Of a stretch of DNA of 64,000 nucleotides, positions 54,466-63,548 are shown piece after piece; position 1 is the stretch's first letter, and each line of letters starts with the position of its first letter. The notes beneath the pieces were generated by a model. It did not search any database. It saw only the letters and a list, made by a program, of their open reading frames with translations, and was not told where the DNA came from. The DNA lies in the NCBI GenBank assembly GCA_963719315.1, contig CAVRBU010000012.1:1-64000 (forward strand), in the 5' to 3' direction. Both the position numbers and the translations under genes were made by a program. This stretch comes from an uncultured Planctomycetota bacterium. Its GTDB lineage: Bacteria > Planctomycetota > Planctomycetia > Pirellulales > Lacipirellulaceae.

Positions 54466-55491
54466 ATGATTGAGTCGCTGCTCGGTCTCCTCTTGGCCTT
54501 GACTGCCGCCGAGGTCGCGCCGGAGGCAACGGGAAAAATCCAAGGCGTGGTGCTCAATGGCAGTCGCGGCAATGCACCCATTGCGGAAGCTGACGTCCTA
54601 TTGCGTGCCGGCCTAGGAGACCCTGTGGAGTCGGTGGCCGAAACAAAAACGGACAAGAACGGAAAGTTCGCTTTCAAAGAAGTTCCGCTCGATCCGGCCC
54701 TCGTCTTCTTGCCCGGTGTCGAACGGGACGGCGTGCATTATCCGGCCAAGCGTCTACGTCTCAATCGAACCAACCCGAATGCAGAGATCGTTATTCAGGC
54801 TTTTGACGGCATCCAATCGCCGTCGCCTCTCGAGGCTCTGCGGCATGAGATTCGGGTCACAATTGAACCTCAAGTGATGCTAATCAGCGAGATGATCCTG
54901 GTCGCGAATCGGTCAGATCGCGCATATGTGGGAGAGTCCATTGGAGAGGATCCGCCCGTTACACTGAGGTTATCGGTCCCCGCAAATTTTGACCGCGTGA
55001 CGTTTGGCAGCGAGTTTTACGGACGCCGCTTTCGGATTGTGGAGCATCATCTAGTGACAAATATTCCGTGGCCACCTGGCGAGCGCGAACTGAAGTTTAC
55101 GTATCGAATTCCGTTAGAAGACAGCGGCGGTTTGTTCCGCCGGCCATTAGACATACCTTGCAGGAAAGTCAGTCTTCGGGTGCGCGATAAGAATGAGATA
55201 AAGTTGTCATGCAATTTGCCGTTATCGCAAAGGGCTGGCGATGTAACCGTCTTTGCAGCCGCCGAGAAACAACTATCTGCCGGCGACACGATAGAACTGC
55301 AAGTTGGCAAGCTGCCGTTTCCATGGGCGTTATACGCGCGATGGACTGCGCTGGCCGTGCTGGGCACCCTGGTCATAGGGACCGTGGCGAGTAGTCGCCT
55401 ACGCAATCGGCAAACCCTTGAACCACGCAATGGCGCGATCCAAGGGCGCCGGTGTAAATCCGATGATAAGCGGTCCCGACGTGCCGCTTAG
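54466..55491 (+). CDS. Exported carboxypeptidase-regulatory-like (transthyretin fold) protein with C-terminal membrane anchor
   Basis: GKIQGVVLNG..TKTDKNGKFAF; N-terminal signal and C-terminal TM; last gene of the ccm run. Confidence 0.65.
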   Translation: MIESLLGLLLALTAAEVAPEATGKIQGVVLNGSRGNAPIAEADVLLRAGLGDPVESVAETKTDKNGKFAFKEVPLDPALVFLPGVERDGVHYPAKRLRLNRTNPNAEIVIQAFDGIQSPSPLEALRHEIRVTIEPQVMLISEMILVANRSDRAYVGESIGEDPPVTLRLSVPANFDRVTFGSEFYGRRFRIVEHHLVTNIPWPPGERELKFTYRIPLEDSGGLFRRPLDIPCRKVSLRVRDKNEIKLSCNLPLSQRAGDVTVFAAAEKQLSAGDTIELQVGKLPFPWALYARWTALAVLGTLVIGTVASSRLRNRQTLEPRNGAIQGRRCKSDDKRSRRAA

Positions 55492-56219
55492 CGACGCCAC
55501 CGAGGAAGAACTGGAACTGCCAGCACTCCTAGGACAATCAAAACAATTGTCGCCGGTTCCGGTACTGCGGTGATCATGATCGATCCACTGCCGACTCCGG
55601 CCGTGGTGTTGCCAAAGCGGGTCCGCCATGCTGTGTAATCGGCCGCGTCTACACTGCCCGGTGTGTCGACCTCGAATTGCAATGGTCCGCCCTTACGCCA
55701 CAGTACATAATCGGCGGCATCAACGACTCCATTGTCGTTGTAATCGCCCGGTACCCCCACCTTCACCGTAAAGTTACCTGTTTTGCTCCAATCCTCGCTG
55801 CCGCCTGCGAGCGTGACGCTAATGGGATAGCTACCTCTGACCGCGCCCGCCCCGGGAGTAAGGCTTAGGGACTTCGCTCCGGTACCGGAGAACGGCCCCA
55901 GGGTCCACCAAGTCGGCGATACAGAATTGGGGCGCTTGGTCCAACTCGCGTCCGGCTGGGCCCCCAGGCCAGCCGCATTGAGTCCAGTTAGGCTAAGGGC
56001 AGAACTCCCGCCACCCGTACTCGTAACGTTGATCGTAATTGCTCTTGTTTGACTCATCGGGAGCTGCAGAAGATTTGACGGGGAGAAGCCAAAAGCTCCA
56101 GCTGTACGAGTGTGGCATCCCGTGCAACCAGACCCGTAACTGGGTAGGGCACAGGCGGAGCCGGCCGGGAGGATCAGTAACGCAATGCTCGCAGCTAGAG
56201 ATCTCCATGATATTGCCAT
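55488..56219 (-). CDS. PEP-CTERM surface protein with a heme-c motif and dockerin-like GDYN repeat
   Basis: AGGAGG RBS, signal peptide, CTGCH, GDYNDNGVVDAADYVLWR..VDAADYTAWRTRFG, VPEPATIVLIVLGVLAVPVLPRWRR. Confidence 0.85.
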   Translation of the reverse strand: MAISWRSLAASIALLILPAGSACALPSYGSGCTGCHTRTAGAFGFSPSNLLQLPMSQTRAITINVTSTGGGSSALSLTGLNAAGLGAQPDASWTKRPNSVSPTWWTLGPFSGTGAKSLSLTPGAGAVRGSYPISVTLAGGSEDWSKTGNFTVKVGVPGDYNDNGVVDAADYVLWRKGGPLQFEVDTPGSVDAADYTAWRTRFGNTTAGVGSGSIMITAVPEPATIVLIVLGVLAVPVLPRWRR

Positions 56220-56420
56220 GTTATACCTCCTGAGTCGTAACAAGCCTGTTTGGTGTGAAGAAAAAGCTGGATCGGCAGGGAAAGTTGCGTAACTGCGAAG
56301 TATATGCAAGCACTTTTCGCCAGCCAAAATCTCCCCCTGACAATTTGACTTACCGCAAAACAAGCGCACACGAAGAGTGCTCTGGATCGAACTTCTTCCA
56401 ATTTCGGGAATTATTATTTC

Positions 56421-56435
56421 GCAATCGCAGTGCCA
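56421..56435 (-). promoter_or_regulatory. sigma54 promoter for the PEP-CTERM heme protein
   Basis: TGGCACTGCGATTGC on minus strand, full consensus. Confidence 0.75.
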
Positions 56436-56782
56436 AACGGCCTCGCCGTCGAGCACCCACACACCGCGGCAGCTTGTGTTGATCCGAATTTGATACGCTG
56501 AGATGCGTCCGGCCGTGAAAAAGCACGATTCTTCCTGTTGTGGAAGGCGTTTTCACCGTGAAGTGTCGTAGCCAGTATCGCCGCACGATGAAGCAGATTT
56601 CAATCGGCTTAACCCACGACGCTCGGCCGGATCACGTAATCGGAGAGCCAGAATCGCTAAAGGAAGGGCGTAACTGGCACATAGGCGTGCTGTGCTGCGC
56701 GCTCCGTGGCACTGGCGTGCGAGATGCTGATCCAGCGGTTGGGGGCTCGATCAGCAAAGATTTGTGGGCTCAGGCAGCCAAG

Positions 56783-57430
56783 CTACTTCGTCGGCTTTGC
56801 GGAGCGAATGAATTGCTGGATCGCGGCGGCATGTGATGCGATCGTCTTCTGGGGTCCGGTGGCCTTGATGAAGTGGAGTTGACCGCCGACCGGAATTACG
56901 GCGGCTATCATGCGGTAGTCTGACCGTAGCTCTCCAGGCCCGAACGGGCCGCGCTGGTCGTTAAAATCGCCTGACAGATCGACGATCTTCGCCTTCAAGC
57001 CGGCGATTTCGACATCCTCTTGGGACATCGATTTCGGCTGGGGTTTGAATTGGCTTTTCCAGCGGTCGATGTTGGCGTCCACGCCGCCGCCCGCAGTACT
57101 GATTGTTAAGCGGCCGTCGGCACTATCGCCGTCAGCCCGAGGCAAGGAAAACTCCGCGGCAACAAACGAAGATTTGGTCGCCTTCCGCGTCCAAGCGGCC
57201 GGTGCCGTCAGCAGGATGGCGTCTAACTCAACAACTGCCGGCCCTTGGTTTGTGCCATTTTCCGCCCGCGTACCATTTGAGTCACGATTCGGCGGAATTG
57301 CGTCATCAGACCCTACCTTCGCGGAATTTTTGCTCGTCGAGATTTCCGCGGCCGTGTGTATTGCAGTTTGTGATCCACATCCGAGGGCGATCAGATTGAG
57401 AAATACGCCACACCAAATCAAATTTCGCAT
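56783..57430 (-). CDS. Periplasmic lipoprotein of unknown function
   Basis: Lipobox ALGC; GGGVDANIDRWKSQF; HFIKATGP. Confidence 0.75.
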   Translation of the reverse strand: MRNLIWCGVFLNLIALGCGSQTAIHTAAEISTSKNSAKVGSDDAIPPNRDSNGTRAENGTNQGPAVVELDAILLTAPAAWTRKATKSSFVAAEFSLPRADGDSADGRLTISTAGGGVDANIDRWKSQFKPQPKSMSQEDVEIAGLKAKIVDLSGDFNDQRGPFGPGELRSDYRMIAAVIPVGGQLHFIKATGPQKTIASHAAAIQQFIRSAKPTK

Positions 57431-57693
57431 CTTGGAACCTCAGGTAAAGCTTCAACAAGTCCGATTTCCGCGCTCGCGCAATTCTCGAGTTGCACAATGA
57501 TAGCACCATCAAAACGTCCGTGTCGATAAGTCCGTCGATCAACTCAGGATCGACCGATGTTGCCGTTTTACGCGGGATTTGTATTGTCTCCACCCCATGA
57601 GGAACTCGGAGAACTTTCGCGTCAGAAAACCAGAGGTGCCCCTTCGAGGGGAACAAGCCGGTGCTCGCGCAACTACCTAAGGTGAAATCTCTC

Positions 57694-59553
57694 ATGAACG
57701 CGGCGATCCGCACTTTCGCCTCCATCAAACTGGCGGTGTGCCTGATCGTTTTGCTGGCCGCGGTCATCTCGACCGCAACCTTGCTTGAAATCAAATATGG
57801 TCGCCCCTATAGCCAATGGTTTGTGTATCACAGCTATTGGTTTTCAGGGCTCTTGGGGTTGGTGGGTGTTTGCGTGTTTTGTGCAGCGTATGTTCGCTAT
57901 CCGTGGAAGCGACATCAAATCGGATTCGTACTTACGCATGCGGGCTTATTGATGTTACTCTCGGGTTCGGCGCTGACTCTCTATCGCGGAATTGAGGGGC
58001 AGGTCTCAATCATCGAAGGCACTTCGACCGATCAGCTAACGTTGAGCCAGCAAAGTCAGATCAGGGCGTCTTGGGTTGATCGACACGATGACCGGCCCTA
58101 TGTGTTCACCTTCGATAGCGGACCAGTTGACTGGCGAAAAGGGACCGAACTTGATCTCGGCCGCGTCGATGGCATGAGTGTGCGAGTACTCAATTACTAT
58201 CGGCATAGCCAGCCCGTGGATAACTGGATTGCTGACGCCGGCGGACACGGCGGCCCGCTGGTACGGTTTCAAGTGAAGCAGACGCACGCCCTTGGCAACG
58301 CACCATTCGGCAGCCCTAATCCTGACCAGCCCATTGTCGGTTCCCTTGCGGACCAAGATTATGGCGATGAACTGTTTGTCGGGCCGATTGCCATTCGTTT
58401 GCAGCGGGCGACAAGTGACGCCATGTTGGCGGACTTTCTCCACCCGATCGACAGCGAACTTGGCGAGAAAGGCGTACTCACCGTTTACTTTAAGGAGAAT
58501 GTGCAGCGTGTTCCGGTCGACGAGCATGTAGGCCAGGCGGTCAGGATCGGCGGTGGCGCTTCCGTGGAACTTGTGCAGTACCTGGCAAATGCCAAGTTGG
58601 ATGCTGGTGGACAGTTTAAAGCGATTGGAAATGATATTCGCAATCCGTTAGTTGAATTGAAAGTGAGCCTTCCGCATGAAAAGCAACCGTTTCGTCAAGT
58701 TGCATTCGCCAAGAGTCCGCTGTTGAATTTCGATGGTGTCTACGGGCGCGACTGCCCCGTCAAATTCGTCTACCAGCATCCCAAGCTAAAACCGCCAACT
58801 GCTGTTGAATTCCTTCAAGGCAAGAATGGAAAACTCTTCGGCCGAACGATTTCCAATGGGAAATACAAATCGATTGGCGAAGTGAATCAGAGCACACAGG
58901 TCGAGGTTCAGGGAGGATTCACACTAACGATCAACGAATATATGCCGCGTGCCCGGCGGGCCATTTCATTCAAACGGGCTGAGCACAGCGCTGACTGGGA
59001 GCCCTCGCCAGAATCGTCCGCGGTGGAGGTGCAATTGACGGTCGCCGGGACGACGCAATCGCTTTGGCTTCAGCGAAACAGTGCAGAATACGACACGGGA
59101 GCGCTCGACACTACGGAAGGTCGTCTCTGCGTAAGGTTTGCGGCGGCCAAAGTTCCGCTGGGTTTCTCCCTAAAGCTTGTTGATTTGCGACGCGAGACGA
59201 ATCCGGGAGGGGTCGGCAATGCGGCCTTCTCCAGCCTGGTAAATGTCGTCGATAAGAAAAGTTCGATTGATGAAGAGCGATTGATCTCGATGAATCAGCC
59301 TCTCTTGCTTAACGGCTTTCGGATCTACCAGTCCGGTTTTCGTGACGCGGGCCACGGGAAACAAGCGTCCATTTTCAGCGTGGCTTACGATCCTGGACGT
59401 CCGCTGAAATACCTCGGCAGCCTGATGGTTTGTGTCGGCACCGCCACGATGTTTTACATGAAAGCGTATTCGGTGAAAGGCGCCGCCCATCTGCTCAGTG
59501 TGCGTCCAGACGCAATGCCATTACGCGACCGAACCCTGAAGATTCCTGCCTGA
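57694..59553 (+). CDS. ResB/CcsB-like cytochrome c biogenesis protein
   Basis: FASIKLAV, GFVLTHAG..EG, ISMNQPL..GFRIYQSGF, DPGRPLKYLGS. Confidence 0.88.
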   Translation: MNAAIRTFASIKLAVCLIVLLAAVISTATLLEIKYGRPYSQWFVYHSYWFSGLLGLVGVCVFCAAYVRYPWKRHQIGFVLTHAGLLMLLSGSALTLYRGIEGQVSIIEGTSTDQLTLSQQSQIRASWVDRHDDRPYVFTFDSGPVDWRKGTELDLGRVDGMSVRVLNYYRHSQPVDNWIADAGGHGGPLVRFQVKQTHALGNAPFGSPNPDQPIVGSLADQDYGDELFVGPIAIRLQRATSDAMLADFLHPIDSELGEKGVLTVYFKENVQRVPVDEHVGQAVRIGGGASVELVQYLANAKLDAGGQFKAIGNDIRNPLVELKVSLPHEKQPFRQVAFAKSPLLNFDGVYGRDCPVKFVYQHPKLKPPTAVEFLQGKNGKLFGRTISNGKYKSIGEVNQSTQVEVQGGFTLTINEYMPRARRAISFKRAEHSADWEPSPESSAVEVQLTVAGTTQSLWLQRNSAEYDTGALDTTEGRLCVRFAAAKVPLGFSLKLVDLRRETNPGGVGNAAFSSLVNVVDKKSSIDEERLISMNQPLLLNGFRIYQSGFRDAGHGKQASIFSVAYDPGRPLKYLGSLMVCVGTATMFYMKAYSVKGAAHLLSVRPDAMPLRDRTLKIPA

Positions 59554-59653
59554 TCGCAGTCGTTTCCGCGCGGTGACGACCATCACAATGTTATCGCGGG
59601 AGGGTTGCCAATGCGGCAAATCTGCGAAGTGCCGTCATAACAATGAGTCGTAC

Positions 59654-61516
59654 ATGAAAAGAGTTCATGGTTTCGCTGGTTCGTGTGTGATACTGTTGTG
59701 CAGCGCCCTGCTCGGATTTGCTGCTCCGATCGAAGCGACGGCAATCGATTGGCAACTTTGGCAGAAACTGCCAGTCCAAAACGGCGGTCGCTTCAAACCG
59801 TTCGATACGTTGGCCGCGGAGACGCTCCTTGTTACTAGTAACTACGTCCCGGTGATCGATTCCAACAGCGGCCAAGAACTAAGCCCTGTGGCGACCTACT
59901 TGACAATGCTGTTCGAATGGACGGGGTGGGATCACAAACAAATCGATGGATTGTTGCTCGCGCAAGATGCGGTACCACAGTATTTTTACTTTCACCAGGC
60001 CGATCGTTGGGACAAAACCCCTTTGCTGCGGATTGATCATCCTGATCTGAAAAGAATGATCGGTATTCCGGAGCAAGTTAAGTTCATTGCTCCGGCCATC
60101 CTGACCACGACGTTGGTCATTGATGTGCGGACGCAAAAGAGCATCCCTTTCCCCACTTGGGGCCGCACTCTGCAGAAGTTGAAAGACTCCGGTAAATCGC
60201 TGAGCCCGATCGAGGAACAGGGCTTACGCCTGGCGCATCGATTGGAAGTGTACCAATCGGAACGGATGGGATTGGGGGTGGGGATCGTGCCGAATGCCAA
60301 AGCGGATGGCACGGCGTGGTTGTCGATAAGCGAGCTGTTACTCACGAAGTTCGACGATACGACGGATTCGCATGGGAGTTTTCGCCGGGCACAGCGGTTA
60401 TTCTGGGCGGCCCGCTCAGCGTTTCGCGTAGGCGACGCCACTACGTTCAATCACGTTAGCGGTGAGTTTCTTACCGCTGTCCGGACGATAGGTTTAGGGA
60501 CGTCAGATTATCCCAGCCAATCCAGAATGGATGTGGAATTAGCTTACAATCATTGGAAGCCTTTCCGTTACGCTTGGGCATTCATGTTGGTGGCCACCGC
60601 AGGCATGCTGCTTCACTTGAGAAGTGGTTGGCGGACATTCTATTGGTGTGGCGTCGGCGCGTATAGCCTGGGCATGGTTTTCTTGCTCATCGGATTTACG
60701 ATGTGCGCAAGTATTTCTGGCCGTCCACCGGTCACCAATATGTATGAGTCGGTGATTTACGTGGGTTCAGGCGTCGCAGCACTGGGTATCGTGTTCGGAA
60801 TATTGTATCGGCAAAAATATGTATTAACGGCAGCAGCGGCAATTTCGATGGTGACGTTGGTGTTAGCCGATATTTGTCCCGTTGTTCTGGACTCGAGTGT
60901 AGAGCCACTTGTACCCGTGCTCCGCAATAATTTTTGGCTCGTGACCCATGTCATGACCGTTACACTCAGTTATGCTGCGTTTGCGCTGGCGCTGGGCATC
61001 GCGAATATTACGCTAGGATACTACGCTTTTCGATTAAATAGCTCGGAGGTGATTGGGGCTTTGAGCCAATTTACCTACAAAGCGATCCAAGTTGGTGTTC
61101 TACTGTTCGCAGCTGGAATTGTTCTGGGTGGAATTTGGGCAGATTACTCATGGGGTCGCTTTTGGGGCTGGGATCCAAAGGAAGTCTGGGCTCTGGTTGC
61201 GCTACTCGGCTACCTGTCCGTCCTGCACGCGCGGATTAGCGGCGCCGTCGGCCATCGAGGCCTGGCCGTGCTGAGCGTGGTTTGCTTTTCCCTAGTCATC
61301 GTGGCTTGGTACGGCGTAAACTTCGTATTGGGAGCCGGCCTGCACAGCTACGGCTTTGGGGATGGAGGCCAAGGATACGTATATCTGGCGATTTTCGCGC
61401 AATGGTCCTTTGTGGGCGTGGCTCTCCATCGCAGCCGACCGGACGAATCCCACGCCCGCGCAACCGCCACCGACGCACATTCTCTCATCTCCCTGTCCAC
61501 GGCGTCGATTCGCTAG
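59654..61516 (+). CDS. ccsA: Cytochrome c biogenesis protein CcsA/ResC
   Basis: GGRFKPFDT, GRPPVTNMYES, FWLVTHV, WADYSWGRFWGWDPKE, GLHSYG. Confidence 0.92.
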   Translation: MKRVHGFAGSCVILLCSALLGFAAPIEATAIDWQLWQKLPVQNGGRFKPFDTLAAETLLVTSNYVPVIDSNSGQELSPVATYLTMLFEWTGWDHKQIDGLLLAQDAVPQYFYFHQADRWDKTPLLRIDHPDLKRMIGIPEQVKFIAPAILTTTLVIDVRTQKSIPFPTWGRTLQKLKDSGKSLSPIEEQGLRLAHRLEVYQSERMGLGVGIVPNAKADGTAWLSISELLLTKFDDTTDSHGSFRRAQRLFWAARSAFRVGDATTFNHVSGEFLTAVRTIGLGTSDYPSQSRMDVELAYNHWKPFRYAWAFMLVATAGMLLHLRSGWRTFYWCGVGAYSLGMVFLLIGFTMCASISGRPPVTNMYESVIYVGSGVAALGIVFGILYRQKYVLTAAAAISMVTLVLADICPVVLDSSVEPLVPVLRNNFWLVTHVMTVTLSYAAFALALGIANITLGYYAFRLNSSEVIGALSQFTYKAIQVGVLLFAAGIVLGGIWADYSWGRFWGWDPKEVWALVALLGYLSVLHARISGAVGHRGLAVLSVVCFSLVIVAWYGVNFVLGAGLHSYGFGDGGQGYVYLAIFAQWSFVGVALHRSRPDESHARATATDAHSLISLSTASIR

Positions 61517-61849
61517 GTGAGCAGTTTGTCGCGTCGCCAGTCCAGCGGCGCAGCATCACTGCAGGCCACTTTGTATTCCGGCCTGGCGCAGAACGAATGG
61601 TGTTGATGGCGGTGCTGCACTGCTATCTCTTGGGTTGGGTCGTCAAACTGGGAAAGACGCCGGCAGAACGAACAGGAAGACTGTACCTCTTCCGCACGCT
61701 AGCACTTGCAATCTGAAATTTTTTCCTGAGCGGACACAAGTATTACTCGGAATCGGTTCGACATAGTAATACTTTTCCACACTTGCGCAGCGTGTGATGG
61801 CAAAGATGCCTCACACAGAATCTGCGCCGCCGGCAAAGTCAAACGCCGG

Positions 61850-63427
61850 TTGGCTTATCTTCCGTTGGATTGGATCGTGCCGGCGAGTGCCAAACTTCAA
61901 CATGAATGGACGCTCCGCTGGGTGATTACGGCCGGAGTAATCGGCCTGTTTCTGCTCAGTGCTGTCTCGTGCCGCGCGCCGCGCTCGACCTCGGCGCGTC
62001 GTGGCGATCCGAATTCAGAGCCCTATGGCATCGAACCGTCGCACAGGTGGCGGGAGCGGGAAGTTACTCAGGTCAGTGCGTCGATTCCGGTCGTGCCCAA
62101 GGCGGAATTGGTGAACGATGACCAACTCTGTGCCACCTGCCACGAGTCGTACGTCAAGCATCACCATACGAACATCCATCATCAGCAGTCGTGTGAGTCG
62201 TGTCATGGTCCGAGCAGCGAGCATCTGCGCACGCGAGGTAAGGAGCCCGGCCTGATTCGCAGTTTCAAGAGAATGACGCCGGCGGAAAAAAGCGAAACCT
62301 GCTTGCAGTGCCACGCGGACGATGGCTGCCAGCCAGGCAAATCATGGAGAATAAGTGCGCACGCCAATGCAGGTGTGTCATGCACCGATTGCCACACCGG
62401 CCACTACACGGTACCGCCTGGAACCAAATCAACAGATCTTTCTAAAGCCGACAATCGCTACGACGACCAGGTGCAATTGGCGCGCCTGCCATCGGTCAAG
62501 GAAGAATCTTTGCCCGCACCCGACGGAAAAGGCGCCGATGCGCCAATGCCAATGGCGGCCATCGCTGCCGACGATGACGCGTCGATTCGCGACAATTCGC
62601 ACCACATGGGCGCGATCACGCCGCACATTTGTTACCGCTGCCACGCCAACATGCGCGAGCAGGAGAAAATCGCCCACCCCCATCAGATCTGTGGAGCGAC
62701 GCGTCTCGACTGTACAACCTGCCACGATCCACACGGCAAAATACGGCCCGAAACCCGCACGGACCTCTGCCTTAAGTGCCACGATATGTCTGCTCCAACA
62801 ATGGCGTGGCACTCCTCCACGCATTCCAGATATGGCGTAGCTTGCGCCGATTGCCACAATCCGCATCCCAATTCGCACGTTCAGCTAGTGGTTGACATTC
62901 AGCACACTCACATTGATCGAAAACCCAGGATGCCAATGTCCGTGGACGAACCGCAAGCATGTTACAAGTGCCATCCGCAGATCTATGCCAAGAATGCGAT
63001 GCCATCGCACCATCCGATCAAGGAAGGCAAAATGGTTTGCTCCGACTGTCACGACCCACACGGACAAACCGAGGACAACCTAAAGGAACCGACCGTCAAC
63101 ATGGTGTGCTACAAGTGTCACGCGGAAAAACAAGGCCCATTTGCGTATGAGCACCCACCTGTGACGGAGAATTGTGCGATTTGCCACGATCCGCACGGCA
63201 CGGTGGCTAATAATCTGCTCAAGCAGCCGACACCCTTCATTTGCTTACGCTGCCATACTGGGCACCGCAAAGGGCCGGCTGGTCCAAATCATACGCCGCT
63301 ACTGGGTGATATCGGCACCAGTCCCGCCTTACAGGCCGCCTTCTACACCGACTGCACTCAATGCCACAGCCAAATACACGGAAGTGACGTGCCAGCGCCA
63401 CATCTACCTAACGACTTCATGAGATAA
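61850..63427 (+). CDS. MtrA/DmsE-family multiheme cytochrome c extended to 14 CxxCH motifs; probable lipoprotein
   Basis: 14 CxxCH counted; CSDCHDPHG, CYKCHAEKQGPFAYEHPPV.ENC, CTQCHSQIHGS are MtrA/DmsE hallmarks; hydrophobic stretch ending AVSC; true start may be ATG 61902 with a 1-nt indel. Confidence 0.9.
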   Translation: MAYLPLDWIVPASAKLQHEWTLRWVITAGVIGLFLLSAVSCRAPRSTSARRGDPNSEPYGIEPSHRWREREVTQVSASIPVVPKAELVNDDQLCATCHESYVKHHHTNIHHQQSCESCHGPSSEHLRTRGKEPGLIRSFKRMTPAEKSETCLQCHADDGCQPGKSWRISAHANAGVSCTDCHTGHYTVPPGTKSTDLSKADNRYDDQVQLARLPSVKEESLPAPDGKGADAPMPMAAIAADDDASIRDNSHHMGAITPHICYRCHANMREQEKIAHPHQICGATRLDCTTCHDPHGKIRPETRTDLCLKCHDMSAPTMAWHSSTHSRYGVACADCHNPHPNSHVQLVVDIQHTHIDRKPRMPMSVDEPQACYKCHPQIYAKNAMPSHHPIKEGKMVCSDCHDPHGQTEDNLKEPTVNMVCYKCHAEKQGPFAYEHPPVTENCAICHDPHGTVANNLLKQPTPFICLRCHTGHRKGPAGPNHTPLLGDIGTSPALQAAFYTDCTQCHSQIHGSDVPAPHLPNDFMR

Positions 63428-63548
63428 ACGCCAGCGGCGACCGACCGGAACACAAACACGTAATTGACCGTCAAGTGACCTGGGATGACCGACGGGCGCA
63501 GATTCCCCCGCCTGCTCCAGTTTCGATCATCCCGTGGGGGCCGGACCG

